Assembly: GCF_018350175.1 (NCBI RefSeq)
Contig: NC_058368.1
Span: forward strand, 60,390,001 to 60,454,000
Direction of reading: 5' to 3'
DNA length: 64,000 bases
Source: Felis catus
Taxonomy: Eukaryota
Part shown: positions 11,011 to 26,720 of the stretch, piece by piece
Position numbering within the stretch: the first letter of the stretch is position 1
How the letters are laid out: every line of letters begins with the position of its first letter
Notes under the pieces: model-generated
The model's input: the letters and a program-made list of their open reading frames with translations, nothing else
The model's database searches: none
Told to the model about the DNA's origin: nothing
Position numbers and translations under genes: made by a program

Positions 11011-14000
11011 ATATGAGGGACTGAAGTAATGATTACTTGAGGTGCAAAAGACGTAGTTACGTGTGATTGACTGAATCTCCATTATTAACAATTAGGACAT
11101 AGTAGCTAACTTTTATTCCTAATATGAAAAAATTTCCCCAATTATCAAATTTGAATATATGTATATATGTAAAATTCTCCTTTGCAAATTCAGGGAATTA
11201 TGTTTTCCTAAAGGTGGCATTAATGTCTTTATTAATGAAACTTCAATTGTATACTTTCTTTCCTTACTGAAGTATTCTTCTAATACATGGACCGTGGTAA
11301 GTAATATATTGCCTATTCATTTTTCTCCCAATGATATATATTTTGTTATGTCAGTATTATTTATTCAGTCTACAATGCTCATAGTTTCCTAATTTCCCCG
11401 TATTCCTATAGTTTTCCTAATTTTAACTTGTGTAAAACTACCTTCAACGATTATGATGGGTACTTTATCTCAAGTTGATCTATATATCCTAAATGTTCGA
11501 AATGTTGGTGGGTGTAAGCTGTTCACCTCTGAGGAAGGTTTGCCAATGAATTTAGATTAGTATTTAAGAGTAGGAAATGTTTGAGTGAATCTGAAACTTA
11601 AAGAGCCATGTGCTTCATCGCTATTAGTGGATCTTCCCAGAATCTCACCTGAAATGTGTAAAATATCAAGGGCTGTTCATGAACTTTCTGTTTAAGGAAC
11701 ACTTTCCATGGCATTCTGCCACAAAGAGGCAGCATTCACCCATGAGTAAATTGACAGTAACTGCTTGAATTCAGATTGAACAGGTGGTAACAATTTCCCT
11801 GAGGAATTAAAAAAAAAATTAGTAATGCTACATCGGTCAAGTGAAGTAAACTATCCCTATTCTGTGTAACATCTTCCCTTTCCCAAATTTTTTTCAAAGG
11901 GGAAAGGAACAAGCTTAATAATGCCATGATACTATCATGAAAAAAAAAAAACAGTACCTTACTCTTCATCTACCTCCTCCATATTTAATCCAGGACTAGA
12001 AAAGAAAAATAAATTATAGCATTTGACTTCACAATTGGGGTTGTTCTTAATTTTTCTTCACAGTGGGACTTATTTTTTCAATCTCCAAATCACTTCCTCA
12101 ATATTATTATATGTAGATATGACAGTATTGTATAAATTATAAACTATTAATACAAAGTGGAATCTTCACTGTAAGTTTTATTTCGTAATTGATGCATAAA
12201 AAGTGAGAGATAAGAATTACATGAAATTCAAGATGTAGTTCTGAATGATGTAAGTAGCTTCCAAAGAAAGTTTGTTGATGCATTTTTCAAAGATTCACAA
12301 AATAATGTTATTAATTCAAACCAGCGCCATCGTCCATAATCTTGTCACAAATACTTCTTTAGGTAGTTCATTTGTACTTCTACTCTTCCTAAGGTGTCCA
12401 GCCTTTTTTTTTAATTTCAAAAATAACAATCATATGATTTATGAAAAGAGGTTACTTCTAATTTTTAAATTATCTTTTTCCCAATTGTATGAAGGGGATA
12501 AGAGTAAATTCACTCCTGTTCTAATAAACTTGAAAACTTTTAACATGTAGAGTTATGAAAGTGTGTAGAATTAAAAAACTGAATTCTTTCTCCTTATTCA
12601 TTGTGTCCAGCCAATACATTAACATATACAATAGAACACGAGTTGTGTGGTTTTGAGTATTTGATTTTTGGCATTTCAGGTTGTTCACCGAGTAAATAAT
12701 TAAATTGGGTATATCAGCGGTATATGATTGGATTAAGGAACCCTGCAAATTCTCTCCATAGCATTTTGGTGAACAATATGTAATGTTCCAGGCATCAATT
12801 AAAATTTGGATGCAAACTAAGCTTACTCTTTGTGCTTTTCCATTTGATATGTTGCATAATCTCATACAAATATATTTCCAAATAGACATTGCAAAATCTT
12901 ATTTTTATCTATATATGAATATAGTGTAAATACTTAAATTATCTCAGAGAAAGTAAATATATTCTATGTAAATGTGATAATTGGTATGCTCGCATTCAAA
13001 ATTATTTACAGCTAAACTGTTGGTTGAAGTTATGTGTTAATGAACGTTAGCATAAATATACTTGGAACACATCTTTTGTTTAGGCGAGATTATCACCTTT
13101 ACACATGCGAAGTGTGAAATTTGGGTAAATGTCCTGTGTATCCGGGTCTGTCCTTCACCACTGTTCCCTCAGCCTCAGTAAGAAAATCAAACTATGTGCA
13201 ATGAAAACATCCACACATAATGTGGAAAAGGTTAGAACTTAAGAAGAGAATCGAAGATACCAGTTGCTTGCCCTATATCATTAATTCTATTCTTATTATT
13301 ATGTTGTTAGCAAATTATTCAAATTAAGTATGTATAGTTTCTTTCCCCGTTTTATTTTTCCAGACTCTTGTCCTTTTTGCTTACATCTCCCTCCTTCCTC
13401 CCTCCTTCTCTTGTCTTATCCTTTCTCTTGATTATTTTTCAGTAGGGCAAGGGGGAGAGCGAGAATAGTTCAGTCCTTGTTTGAAATGCCAAAAACTAGC
13501 TACTTAATTTCAAGAGCTCAATGGATTGTTCCCAGAGTCACACAACTCCAAATTAATGAAAATAAAACAAACCACAAATATGCTTCCAATTCATTTGGGA
13601 ATATGCTCTTGTAGCACTTTTCAGGTGGCTCCAAATTAAGATATTTTGCAAAAGGTGGCAAAATATTTAGTATAACTAATTTTAAGACTAAAATTTAAAC
13701 AGAAAGAAGAACTGAAAACAACAAAAGAACTGATTTAAATGTTAGAAGGGGGCATTTAATTAATTGATTTTCAAAGGGGATAAAAAGTTGTTAAAAGGTA
13801 ATTAAACTGTTATCAAATTAACTATTTCACTTATGGATAAAGTTCTTCAGACCCCCCAAAGTTCTCTGCTTTCTTGTAAATACAAATATATGTATTTTTG
13901 TAAATACAAAATTAAAGAAGGTGGGTGGACATTAGTCCATCAAAGAATTATCTAACATCTATATCCAAAGGAATCTTATGTCATTGAGTATTGCATTTGA

Positions 14001-17000
14001 CAACTGTGCATTTTATCATTAATTTTATTTTAATTTAATTTAGTGTTTTTCTATAATTATCCATTGATAGTTCCATCAGTTTATGTAGCATGTATATGGT
14101 ATACAAAAATACATATTATCAAAGAGAGCACTGCATACTTAATTTTAATCTGGAGTTCTTTATATTTCAAATTTTTACATTACTTCAAATTCTACTTTTA
14201 TGGTCTATGCTTTAGGCATGTTAGACTGGGGGAAAGAAAATGATTTTATGCACTGTAATGTTTCGGTGTGACTATAGTATAATACCCTTTTCTCACTCTG
14301 TTTACAGCAGACTATTTGGCTTACAAGACACAGGTCAAATATTTCTCATGGCAATTGTACCAATATTATAAAATGAATAATTTTATACTCATTTTTTTTT
14401 TAAAAAAATGACATTTAACCTTGATTCAGTTAAAGAGTGACTTAGATTACTTCTTAAAAAATTTCTGAAGATCAAAACAGAAATATTTCATAAAGAATTG
14501 ATGTAATGCAAGTATGAAATCATTTTACTTTCTCATTTTCTATTTACTGTCAAAATTAAAATGTAATGATATATTGCATAATGCTAACTATATTAGATAC
14601 ATTTTTATTACATATTAGGAAATTCATTTTATAAAAGAAGAGTAATGTTCATAGTGATATGTTGAATGGAAGTCTTCCAGAGTTTTCTTCTTAATTAGGT
14701 CTTTATCAGAACATGAAGGAATATTGTATATTTATAATACAAAATAAACATATACATGTTTAAAAATTACATGTGTTTCTAAAAGTGGAAATTATAAAAC
14801 AGTGTTATGAAGGATAAATTGTTTTCTTTTAAAAATTTAACCTATGCAGAAATGGAACTGCTACTTTATTAGAGGCTCATTAATTTCTTGGTCTACTTAT
14901 TTTAGACAAACTTATTTAGAGATCATTTTCAAAATATCATGATATAAATTGAATTCAAATTTGTGATCAATATTGAATCATATAAAGACAAGTAGGAAAA
15001 TTCGGTGACTTTTCAGTGTTCTGGAATATGCACTGTAGATTTTCTTACTAATTTACTTCCGCCACCAATAATAATTTTCAGTGGTTCCAACTAAAATATT
15101 TTTTAAGAATTTTATTTTATGCTTCCTTAAAAATTACACTTAATATTGGATATTGAAACCAAATTTTTTCAATTTATAATTAGATATGTATCTATTTAAA
15201 TAAAACATGAAGGGTAGCCGTAAACTTATGTTAATTGATTAGCAAATTGTTTTGTCGGGATACTATAATAAAATTTTTGACCAGCATGTTTTATCCATGA
15301 GAGATTCACCAGGCTCATGTAGACTAAACATTTAAATATTAAATATAAAAATATGTAAAAATGATTATTTGATCAACAAAATATTTTATTTGTGATGATA
15401 TATCTATTTAAATCACCTGTATAAAAATCCTGCTTTTTATCATTACAACGATAGAATATTTTTACTATGTTTATGTCCAAAGTCAAAAGGGTGTTTCACT
15501 TCTGAAAATACTAGTAATAATGGGGAACATTTATCTATCAAATTTATTTAAACCCTGAGTTTTAATATCAACTTTAAATCTCCAGTCCTAATTATAAAGT
15601 TCATTGTACATGTTTTTCTCTATATTACTGAACTCTGCTCCTGATAAAGTTCCCCTAAAGTATACAAATAGCCATAGTGTTTTTCTTGTTTCATATTTAG
15701 GTAGCACATATTAAAATAAAGTTATGAGCTAACACTGTTAAGTTTCATTTCACTTAAATAGTACCTTTCAATTTTACAATTATCTTCAAACTTTTAAAGC
15801 TAGTTGAATAGTATATTTACATAGGTACTTACAAAAGTGAACTTTCAGATCCAGAAACTGCTCGTATATGTCAAAATATATTCAATATCATTCACCTTAC
15901 TGTCATCTTAATTCATTCAATCAGTGCAGTGATATTTTTGTTACCCTGTTAGGATTAAAGACCCCCAAGTCTTAGATGAAAATTAAGTATCTCCTTGGTA
16001 ATTAAGAAAAAAAAAAGTAAAAGATAAATGCTGAGTATTTTGATTCTAATCTTAAAATATCTTCTTCAAAACTAACAAAATTGTATATACAGAAAACCAT
16101 TTAGGAAGGGTCTTTGTATAGAATTATGCATTTTATGCATAAATTTATGCAATTTTGAAATTGCTAATTCCATATGGTTTACATGATCTTTCGACTTTAA
16201 GTTAACAATGAACTGTCTTCATTTAAGAATTTTCGTCTGAGGGAAGATATCTTTCACAGAGGATGCACTTGAATATGCTTGTTGTCACATTATAGCTTTG
16301 ACCTACTCTTTCCTTTAAAAGCTCAATTTTAACCACATTGAAAATGGTCTGTATTATTACGTTTAATTCTTGCAACTCAAACCATTTATCTCCCACAATT
16401 TTTGAAAAGAAAAACTTGGTATATTTCTTTAGTTTGCTTTCATGAAGTTTAAAGGTATCCTCAGATTAATGACATCCCCTCAAAACATTAAAGACATGAT
16501 TAGTCAGATTTTTTTCCTGGTGTAACAGTCCAAGCACTATGTAAGCATGACTTAATGTGGGAGTGTGAGGATGTGGATATTAAATTGTCACTGTGGACTC
16601 GTCACTCATTAATAACCATCTTTAATACAAAACATGTAAAGATGAGGTGAAGTGTTTCTTGGAATGCTAATGTACTTAAAATTACACACACTGATTAACT
16701 GGGTAGCACGTATAGTTTACAAATGCCACTGTTGTGTGCTTGTAAATACTAAAGCAATGCTTGCCAAGTGGTAAGGCACAGTCTAGATTCTGAAAAATCT
16801 GTCTTCTATAAAAGATAACATATAATAAGATATCTTATAATAAGATAAAAAATAAATTTGAATTCTAATGCCGTTAGGCTAGATAAGCACTCTTCATATT
16901 GTCTTAACGTAGCAGCTTCATATAATAGATCTGCTGGACCATGAGGGCATTTTAGCTTTTAAGAATGTTTAAATAAAATTTGCTCCTGCAGTATTATAAT

Positions 17001-20000
17001 TTATGTATCACAATCATGGATTTTCAGGCAGTGTTCTCTAGGAGCTCAAGAGTTTATCAATGCTTTATATATATGAAGTTGCAAATTCTATGTAGGTTGA
17101 TGCTATAAAGAAATTAAAATTAAGTGTAGGAAAAAAAGCAGTGAATAGTTTTACAACCAGAGGAAACCAGTTTACTACATATGAATGTTCTATTAAAAAT
17201 GTAAATACAAGATTTACAGCCACTTGGAGTCTCCAGAGCCAACTTTGCAAACGGCCCTGACTCTGAAGGACCCTGGACATCCTAAGGGGAGCTGCAATAG
17301 TAACTTAAGAGTGTGTTATTACAGAGGGAAAATTATAATCACAGCTCACAACAGAAGCTTTCACCCAAATGTCTAACTGCTGATGTGCTTGAAAACAGTG
17401 CAAAAGGTCAATTCAATGAAAATATGTCAAACATCAAATATTATGAGAATCACTTCAAGGATGGAAGATATAACTTGGAAAAGCTGATCCAATAGATTTA
17501 GGAGCAAAAATTTTTAAAAGAGGGAGACAGAATTGCCAAGACTATTTTTTTCACTATGTTAGAAGAAAATAATGAGTACAGATATTCTGTAGTATTGCTA
17601 ACTGTGCCAATGATAACTTGTTTGTAATTGGATGTATACCTAGAGGAAGCAAGTTGATGTATATTTAGAGGAAGCAAAAGATAACATAATGAGATTCCCA
17701 AACTTTCTAAATGTGTTTCTCTTTTAAGATTTTTTAAGACTAAACACTGACATACTTTGTAAAGAAATTTTGAATTTCATCTTCTCTGTTAATTTTCTAA
17801 CACAATGTGACTTAGCTTTGATATATTAATATACTGTCAGTTGGACTTTTATTTTTACTCTTGATTTGGTTTGACAATCATGTAATCTTAATTTTTTTTC
17901 TTTGTAGAAAATTTAATAAGCTGTGCCTGAAATAACAAAATAATAGTTTCACGTTATTCATTATGTTATACCACAAATGGTAGCCAATGGCAACAAGGCA
18001 GAAAGATGATTCTAAAATTCTGAAAAATGTTCCTTTTTCCATTACAGATGGTTTGTCCTTTGGCAACTTTCTTTGTATCTCAGCCTTATTTACAATTTGT
18101 AAAAATTAATACAATGTGTGTGATTTGTGAACACCTTAAAAAAATTAGCTTTCTGTTGTCTCTACTGGGTGTATGTCAACTGTGATTCTTTCTAAAACTA
18201 ACATACTAATTATCATTGCTATTTATACTGTATCTATGAAAGATATATCTTTCAGATAAAAACATCCTTTCTTCTCTTTCTAATATTATATTAGTTTGAA
18301 ATGTATTTTTTCATTTCTCCATTAACTGTGGGATTCTTTTTATAATATTAAGTCATCATTGGTAGATATTTTACAGTACATTTAAAGGTACACTTTCTTT
18401 GAAAAGGAAAGAACTTGGTATAATTTTATTGACTTCATGACATATTCTTACTCTTTGAAATAGTAACACTGAGCTTTCAGTGTATTTCAAAAGTATATGA
18501 TTAATATTCATTTCTCAAAAAATTGAGTTCTGTTTCTAAATTGGGTGGCAATTTTTCTTACATTGGCTTATATTGTTTGCATTTAACTAAAACGTTTTGA
18601 AATTATATGTGAGGTAATTTCCATTATTTTGGTTTTAATTCAAACAATCTTGGGCATACTTATTTTTTGTTAGATAATATTCCATAATAAATATAGAAAG
18701 ATGCACCAGTAATATGTACCATGTATAATATTTAATGATTTTTGACTTATATTTTTGTAGCGTTAATTACAAAAGATGGAATAAATTGTGACATAGCATT
18801 CATCATTTTAATATTCTAAATTTATGGCTCTTCTACATAATGATTAATAATATAGATAGTACTAAGTTTATTTTATCTTGTGGTATGAATTTGGCTTTTA
18901 ATCCAATAATGAAATTGTTTCCATTCTCAATATTTTAAAGTACTATTACAACTGCTATTTACTAGTCTCACTGACAATCTGAATTCTTCCTGAAATGCTC
19001 AAAGAGTCTTTATAGAATATTATAAACAGAGAGCTCTAATGTTTAGAATTTAAAATGGTAGTAATGACAAATCTACTATAAACATAATAATTAAATCATT
19101 ACTTTCTCCATTAAGAAGAGAACAGAAGCTCAAGTACATTAAAATAATGTCTCGAAAGATATTGGAAATGTAGCAAGCTGACATTTATACCTAATAAAAA
19201 ATCTTATTAATATCATTGTAGAACATTTATATTGTTTTATACAAATACTATGTTTCTATTCAGTGTAACAGAGGATTAGTCCAGAGTTATTTTGATCACA
19301 ATTTCTGTCTGTTATTTGCTTGCAAAATTCATCTAGAAAAATGGATACTTGTCATAATAACTGTATCTATCACGAGGCCATAGAACTAAAGGTTGCACTT
19401 ATTAGTCACTCCCTTATTGAGTTAACAAATAGGTATTTACAGATGTCTACAAACTAATGTGAATTCAGTGAACACTATAAACTTCCTAAATTGTTTATCA
19501 GAACACCATTTACCTTGGCATAAACTTCACAGGTGACTAAAACATCAATAAGAACATTAAGTGACTCGTTAGTACCTTGGCATGCAAATTTATATTAGAA
19601 AACCGTTGGGGAATGCTAGTGAATTTTAAATATATTTACAATAATAAGCACTGTAAATATTTTCCAGATGGCTTCACTTTTAGTCCCCTTCTCTGGTAAA
19701 GATCTGATAGTTAAGGAGAAATGGAAATAAATCTTGAGCACTTAGACATAAAACTTAACCCAATTTAAAATTGCAATTATTAATTTTGGGGGTTTTTTTG
19801 GAATCATTGGCTACGTGTTTCAATAATTAAGAAAAGAAATGATTGCTGTACTGCACTTATATTACTGTTCAGAGCGTGCCTTAATAGAGGTACTGGTAAA
19901 ATTTGCAGGGATTTTGGTGTTTTAAGCTGGTGAGGTATTTATCTATTTAGAAAGCTTTTCTGGGCACTATGTGTTTTCCCCTGGGTGTGAGAAAATCAGT

Positions 20001-21919
20001 TCATCCTTTTAATGAGAATGTTACCTCCAGGGAAAATGCAATCCAGAAGGAATAATACTTTCCTTCCAGCAGTTGCCTGCACAGGCACACAGTTTTCTCT
20101 GGGGCTGACTGCGTGTATATTTTAGTTAGAAAGTTTTAATATTTTAAAATATCACTGCATTTAGTCATAAGGCGTTGTGATGGTAGGATACAGCATTTTT
20201 TGAATATATATTGACATATTTTTCTGAGCTTTTAGCTATATAATTATAATTTAGGAAATTTTATTTATTGTTAAAATTTTAGCTGTCTTCATATTTGAGA
20301 TACAATAATTATTTATATGTACTTTACATATTTTGTTAAATTTAGAGACAGAGAACAAGGGGCTTAAATGAAGTGGCTTTAGATTTTCACTAACCAACTC
20401 CAAACAGCACAATTTTAGAAGTCTTTAAGCTGTTTTGATGCCAATATGTAAACTCTTTCTCAACATTCAAACTTACTTCATTTCAACTGTGACGAGCACT
20501 TGGAGGATGAACTATTACTTCTTGTGATTACTTCGAGTGTCTTGGAGCATTTACGCATTAAGAATGTGAAATTGTTTGACTCTGCAGCCACATGTTTTAA
20601 TTCTTCAAAATTATATTTAATATTCACATGTTTTAAAATTGTTTTTGGTCACTGTTTTTGTCCATTAAAGGCTACTAAAACACAACTGCATAACTTTTTG
20701 GATTTTAAATACTTAGCTATTAAATTTTTTCTTTCACAAATTCTTATAATTTTCTTTCCAAATAAGAACCAATTAGATATAAAAATATATAATACTAAAA
20801 CATTAATATGTGTTGATATTTGCTTTTGTTTGTAAAATATATACTTTCATAACCATCAACTACAGTAAATTACTCCTTCTTAGAAGATACATCAGTATTC
20901 AAACATTTCAATAGAAATCTGATGACAGATATGAAAAATGAATTTCGCTTTAAGAGTACCAGACTCGTGCCATAATGAGGAATAAAAATAAAAGGAGCAC
21001 CTTTTCAAAATACTGAATATGATCAAAATGAAAGTTAACTTTTTGATTTGGGAAAGTTCTTCTCCTCCTATTACTTTCTCTCATTTCATAATACCAAATC
21101 AGTTTTCCTGTTACTAATGTTCATCAAAAATTGCCTCACTTGAATTGCTATTTATTATGTAAAAATAAAATCCCAATTTGTTTTTAACAGGTAGTGGTAT
21201 TTAATAATAAGTAGACTTATTCAAATAAGTAAGTTTGATGTAGCTATTCGTGTATTCAAATAACTAAAATTAAGATCACTTATTTTTGAAATGAGTTTCA
21301 TAAGTTAGAAATGTAAAGCTTATTTCTATGTTATGTATCAAAGTTGTTTTATCATATGCTTAAACATAGTAAATACTTGTAAAGAGGCAAAAAGCAATCA
21401 TTTTTTAATAATTTGAATCTCTTTTAAATATTTGGACTGTGATTTTTTAGACAATATTGATGTGCAGATTTCTGTTTACTTGTCTTTTAAAATGGGAATG
21501 TGGGTATTCATATGCATGATTTAAATACTGCCTTAATAGTTTAAATTACATATTTGTTTTTGAATTGGGAAAAAATGATAAAACATCTAGACAACTAACT
21601 GAGAAAATTTAAGATCATCACATTGGTAAAAAATTAAATCATCTCATATTATGCACATTTTTATAAAGTGACTTGAAAAATACAACCACATACGTATTGA
21701 CAGAAACTGAATTTTTGTATTAAGGTTAAACAATGTGTAAATATTTTACTCAATTTTTATGGTGAAATTTCTATTTGCAAAAATATTTTAAATAAAATTA
21801 CATTAAAAGTTAGTGTATTATATGTGTTACGAATAATACTAAAGGTGACATTACTTGCAGTGCCAGAGAAAGGAAACAGTCTAAAAAAATAAGTAATTTT
21901 TATTTAAAAATAATTAGAA

Positions 21920-22135
21920 GGGTGCCTGGGTGGTTTAGTTGGTTAAGCGTCTGACTCTTGATCTCAGTTCAGGTCATGATCTCACAGTTCGTGAGTTTGA
22001 GCCCAGCATCAGGCTCTGTGGGAATAGCTTGGAGCCTGCTTGGATTCACTCTCTCCCTCTCTCTCTGCCCCTCCCCCACTCTTGCTGTCTGTCTCTCTCA
22101 AAATAAATAAACTTTAAAAAAAAAATAAAAATAAC
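21920..22135 (+). mobile_element. CAN SINE
   Basis: gggtgcctgggtgg tRNA-derived head, (CT)n, AATAAA/A-tail; TSD aataattagaa at 21909-21919 and 22136-22146. Confidence 0.93.
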
Positions 22136-24155
22136 AATAATTAGAAAAAATAATGTATGTGGCAAATTTTAACCTATATCTGATCTCTGGGTGTTTGCAT
22201 GGTGGTTCAGTTGGTAGTGTGTATTTTCACATACTATCTATTCACTTATTTCAAATAATGCCAATATCGATATACATGCTAAAGATAATTCCTTTAAATA
22301 TGCTATTTCAAATGAGCAAACAACAAAAGATATTAGGCAATTATTTATATGGAATCTGTACCACAGCTATGACAAATTTGTAAATGTTCCAATGGAAAGA
22401 GCAATGTTTGGTTTAGTTTTGTTTCCAACTTACTATATTTACTACTATAGATCTATGAATATCCTCTTCATTTGAAAATCTGTCTACAAAACAGGAAACT
22501 TCCCATGCAACAATGGGATGGGGCCACAATGAAAGCAAGGAAGATAATACTGTGGTTATGATCAAACTAAGACATTTTTCAAAATAATTAAGCCTAATTT
22601 CATTTTAAGAAGTTCCAAATTTAGTATCAATCAGGTAGGAACTAAATATATAAATGCAGTAATTACATAAAAATTTTGAGCAAATAACTTTAAAGTAACT
22701 CTTAATCCCACTACATCATAGCTGTTTCAACTTTGCTATTAGATTCTTATTTGAAATGTTAGAAGTCTTAGGCAAAATTCCATTTGATGTCATTTTCTTC
22801 TAACGAATCATGTTGCTATTACTGCTGCTGCTTTTGCCCTTTAGAAACATTCTATCATTGAAACCCTATGTAAGTCTTATCATCTGGAACTGGTGTGGCA
22901 CTGGATCTTCAGGTACTGTGAAGAAGATCTCCAAAAAATCAGTAAAAGTGTCTAACCCAAATATTTATTCAGTCATGAACTCTCAATATGTAGGTATATT
23001 CATATGTATATTCATATGTATATAATATATATCTTTTTGTATTTGGATAGTTTCAATGTTTTGCAACTTGAATCACTCAGTTGTATTAACTAGGATTTAG
23101 GGCTTTGCGGGGGGCTGGTGGTGTCACAGTTTTCCCTTTAATTTTTTATTTCCCCAATGTGTATAGAATTTTGGTGTAAACATTTCTATATAATGAATTA
23201 TTCACATGAACCAGATTCATGCTTGTACATTATTGTTAGACTACATTTCATGATACATTGTTATGGTTTATATTGTTTTAACTGAATGTAATTCATGGAT
23301 CTTTTAACAATTTACCTCTTTGTCAAGATTACCCTATTCATTTTATGCATTTTGTCCGATAATTTTTTTTGTAATGCAATGAGCCAGATAGAGTTACTAG
23401 CCTATTTAAGTAATATAAGGATATGGCATCTCTCTACATAGGGAAGTCAAAAATATTTTAAAGTGATTACTGATCTTTTTACTTATTAACAATATTCAAT
23501 TCAGTGAAAACACTGTACACTGTGATCACTCTCTATGAGTTTTGACAAATTTTTGAATTTACATTGTTCTAGTTGTTCATAACTTTAAGAATCCGCTCAA
23601 ACTGCTTGGATTTAAGCTAAGAAAACTATGAAGTAGATAACTAACATCTCTCTTTCAGTTTTGTTCTCTGTTTTGGCTTGCCTTTTAACCTGTGGTTCAC
23701 CAAGCAAGTTACAATCATTTTCCTTTCAACTTATTTTTTCTGGAGTGTTAATTTGTTCCTGACATTTTGCCTCATGAGAGTCACATTATGATGAAGGTAA
23801 CTCAGAGATCAAAAGGATTTTCAAGGCTGTTATACATACCTCTACCTACAGAACCCAGGTTCCCTGACAGCAATGATAGAGGTTAGTGGGACAGGAAACC
23901 AAACTCAGCACCAAAGACAGATACTATGCAGATTAGCCCACTCAGCTAAGACTGACAATCACATAGAAAATATAGCCACTTAAGGGAATAACTCACCTGC
24001 CTCTTTGTGGTTTATATTTTCTATCTTAGATTAAAAAAAAATTTAATTGGGGAGGGTACCAAGACAAGGACATTTTAATCACCAAATCTAATTAATTCCA
24101 TTATATGTCAATACCTTTTTAAAAACTTTTGTTTTAAACTCTGTTTGTCACATCT

Positions 24156-24340
24156 GGGCACCTAGGTGGCTCAGTAAATTAAGCACCCAGCTCTTGGTTT
24201 TTACTCAGGTCATGATCTCACTGTTTGTGGGATTGAGACCCATATCAGGCTCTGTGCTGACAGTACTGAGCCTGGTTGGGATTCTCTCTGAATCTCTCTC
24301 TCTCTCTCTCTCTCAAAATAAATAAACATTTTAAAAAATT
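24156..24340 (+). mobile_element. CAN SINE (diverged)
   Basis: gggcacctaggtggctcag head, (CT)n, aaataaataaac tail. Confidence 0.9.
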
Positions 24341-24732
24341 GCCAAAGAAAATATAGTTTTTTAGTTAATTGGCTAATATAACAATTATGTAAATTTACTG
24401 AATAAATTATAAACAGTTGAAATATATTTTGGTATTATATTATTCAGTTATTATTTATTTACTGGTATAATGAAATATATTATTTCTTTCTCCACACATA
24501 AAATGCAATTTCATGAGAGAAATGTTCAAATGCACATGTACTCATTCCCTTTTAATTCTAATTTAAATAGCTTCTTCAGTAAAAGCAGAACTCCTCAACA
24601 GTAATAATAGTAATATAATTCTGTGATTCTTTCCTGAATAAAACAGATTTTGTGCTTATCTTTTTTAAGTATGATCTTAATCACAGAAGTGCTTTTAGTC
24701 TTCCAATTGGGATTTTTAAAAAGAAAACCCAA

Positions 24733-24918
24733 GGGTGTCGAGGTGGCTCAAGAGGTTAAGTGTCCAACTCTTGATTTCTACTCAGGTTCTTATCTCACAG
24801 TTATAGCTCATGGTTAATGAGTTTGAGCCCTGCTTTTGGCTCTGTGCTGACAGAGTGGAGTCTGCTTGGGATTCTCCATCTCCCTCTCTCTCTGCCCCTC
24901 CCCTGCTCATGTGCACCC

Positions 24919-24957
<39 letters not shown>

Positions 24958-24975
24958 AATAAATATTAAAAAAAA
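24733..24975 (+). mobile_element. CAN SINE
   Basis: Head, (CT)n, A-tail; flanked by aaagaaaac(c/t)caa as TSD. Confidence 0.9.
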
Positions 24976-25248
24976 AAGAAAACTCAAACTCAGGGCATTA
25001 GATGTCTTTCCTATAAAATAATATATCAAGTAGGATAAAATAATTAAGTACTCCTTATAATTTTAGTATTTCAAGATCTTTAGTATTTTTAACCTATGTG
25101 AAAACACTCCAATAGGTAACTGCTAAAGAAGAATTTGCATGGTCAGCAATTTTGAACTGGATCATTAAACTTATCTTTTTTGTATACAAAAATAAGAGAA
25201 CTAAAGAAGCAAGTAATGTTTCCTTTCAGGACATTTTTTAGGTTATGA

Positions 25249-25293
<45 letters not shown>
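25249..25293. repeat. (TG)n microsatellite
   Basis: Seen directly, one interruption. Confidence 0.95.
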
Positions 25294-25295
<2 letters not shown>

Positions 25296-26402
25296 ACGTT
25301 ATGCAAGTTTTACAGGAAGGCTTGCTGGTTTCATCAATTTTTGCATGTTTCTCTTTTATTTTATATTTTCTAAGCCATTGTAATTATTTTCATTATAAGC
25401 TACACATACAAGAGCATGGTGAATATTTCAAGGAAGATTCCATAATCTTTAAGCAATTCTTTTATCCCATCAAATCACCAGCAGAAAATAATGCCAAGAC
25501 CTGTGAGCTATACACTTCATTGGCCAAGTCCTCAAAATAGAGTGGGGCTTGCAAACGTTCAGTGGCCAGCTGTGCCTTGTTAACTGCATATATGTTTGTT
25601 ATCTGATTTGGGGGATGGTAATAAGCTGTTAGGAATAACCACTTATATTCAACTTTCATTGTCAAAGACCAATATTTCAAATGACAGTTTTGGACCAGAA
25701 AAAAATTTAGTAAGATTTTGAGTGAGTAAATAAAGCCACATCTTCCTTACAGGACTTTTTTAATCTCTCCGTTCTTACGCTTTTTTACAACTAAAGTAAA
25801 ACTAAGTGTCATATAATCAAGACAAAAGAGCAAAGCCATTGAAATATTGAGTTCTTACTGTGAATTAGTCTCCCTTTCTAAGACTTTCTGTATCAAGTCT
25901 TGCCTTGTTTGATACAATATATTTCTAGCATTGTCACCCCAGCATTATTTTTGACATTCTTTTTTGAATAGTCATTTATTTGCATATTTCACATTTTCTC
26001 CTCTACTTATCTAAAAAAACCCTAATGTTTAAATTACTGAGGTATCTAAAAATATTCCTTATTATATAATTCCAGATCATTATCATTATTTGTTTTACTC
26101 TATACAAACTATGCCATTGTGAACAATGATTCAGTATATATTTTATACAAAATACAGGTCTCCTTTCTTTTTTCCTGCTTTGCATTTTGGTGTCTTCTTT
26201 TTTCCTGTTTTGCATTTGGTGCCCTACTTGCTATGTACTATTTTAGTTTTCCTTTTCCTTGATATTTTGCTTATGTGGAGTTCATTCTTATTACAAGATT
26301 TACATGATGATCTGAAAGTCCTTAGTAAGTTAAAAATGTAAAAAATAATATTTCAGAACCATGCATTTTTTAAAAAAGATTTTACTGTTTTACTTGTGCC
26401 CT

Positions 26403-26406
<4 letters not shown>

Positions 26407-26438
<32 letters not shown>
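26407..26438. repeat. (TG)n microsatellite
   Basis: Seen directly. Confidence 0.95.
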
Positions 26439-26442
<4 letters not shown>

Positions 26443-26720
26443 AAAAAACTAGAATTTTGAAAATTTGGAAATTTTATTCTTCATTTAATTTTATTGCTTC
26501 AAGTACTCTTGAAGCCTGACACAATACATAGGGAAATAATATAAAAGGTTTCATGTATAAGTGAAAGTTCCATTATATATTATGCAAGGATAATTCATTT
26601 GTGTATTTTTTCCCTAGGTCCTTTTCTGTTATTTTATTCCTCTAACCTCCTAAATTTAGTTAAATTTGGATTACAATGACTATTCATTTGGATGATTGAT
26701 TTTTAAAACTATGCTAAACA

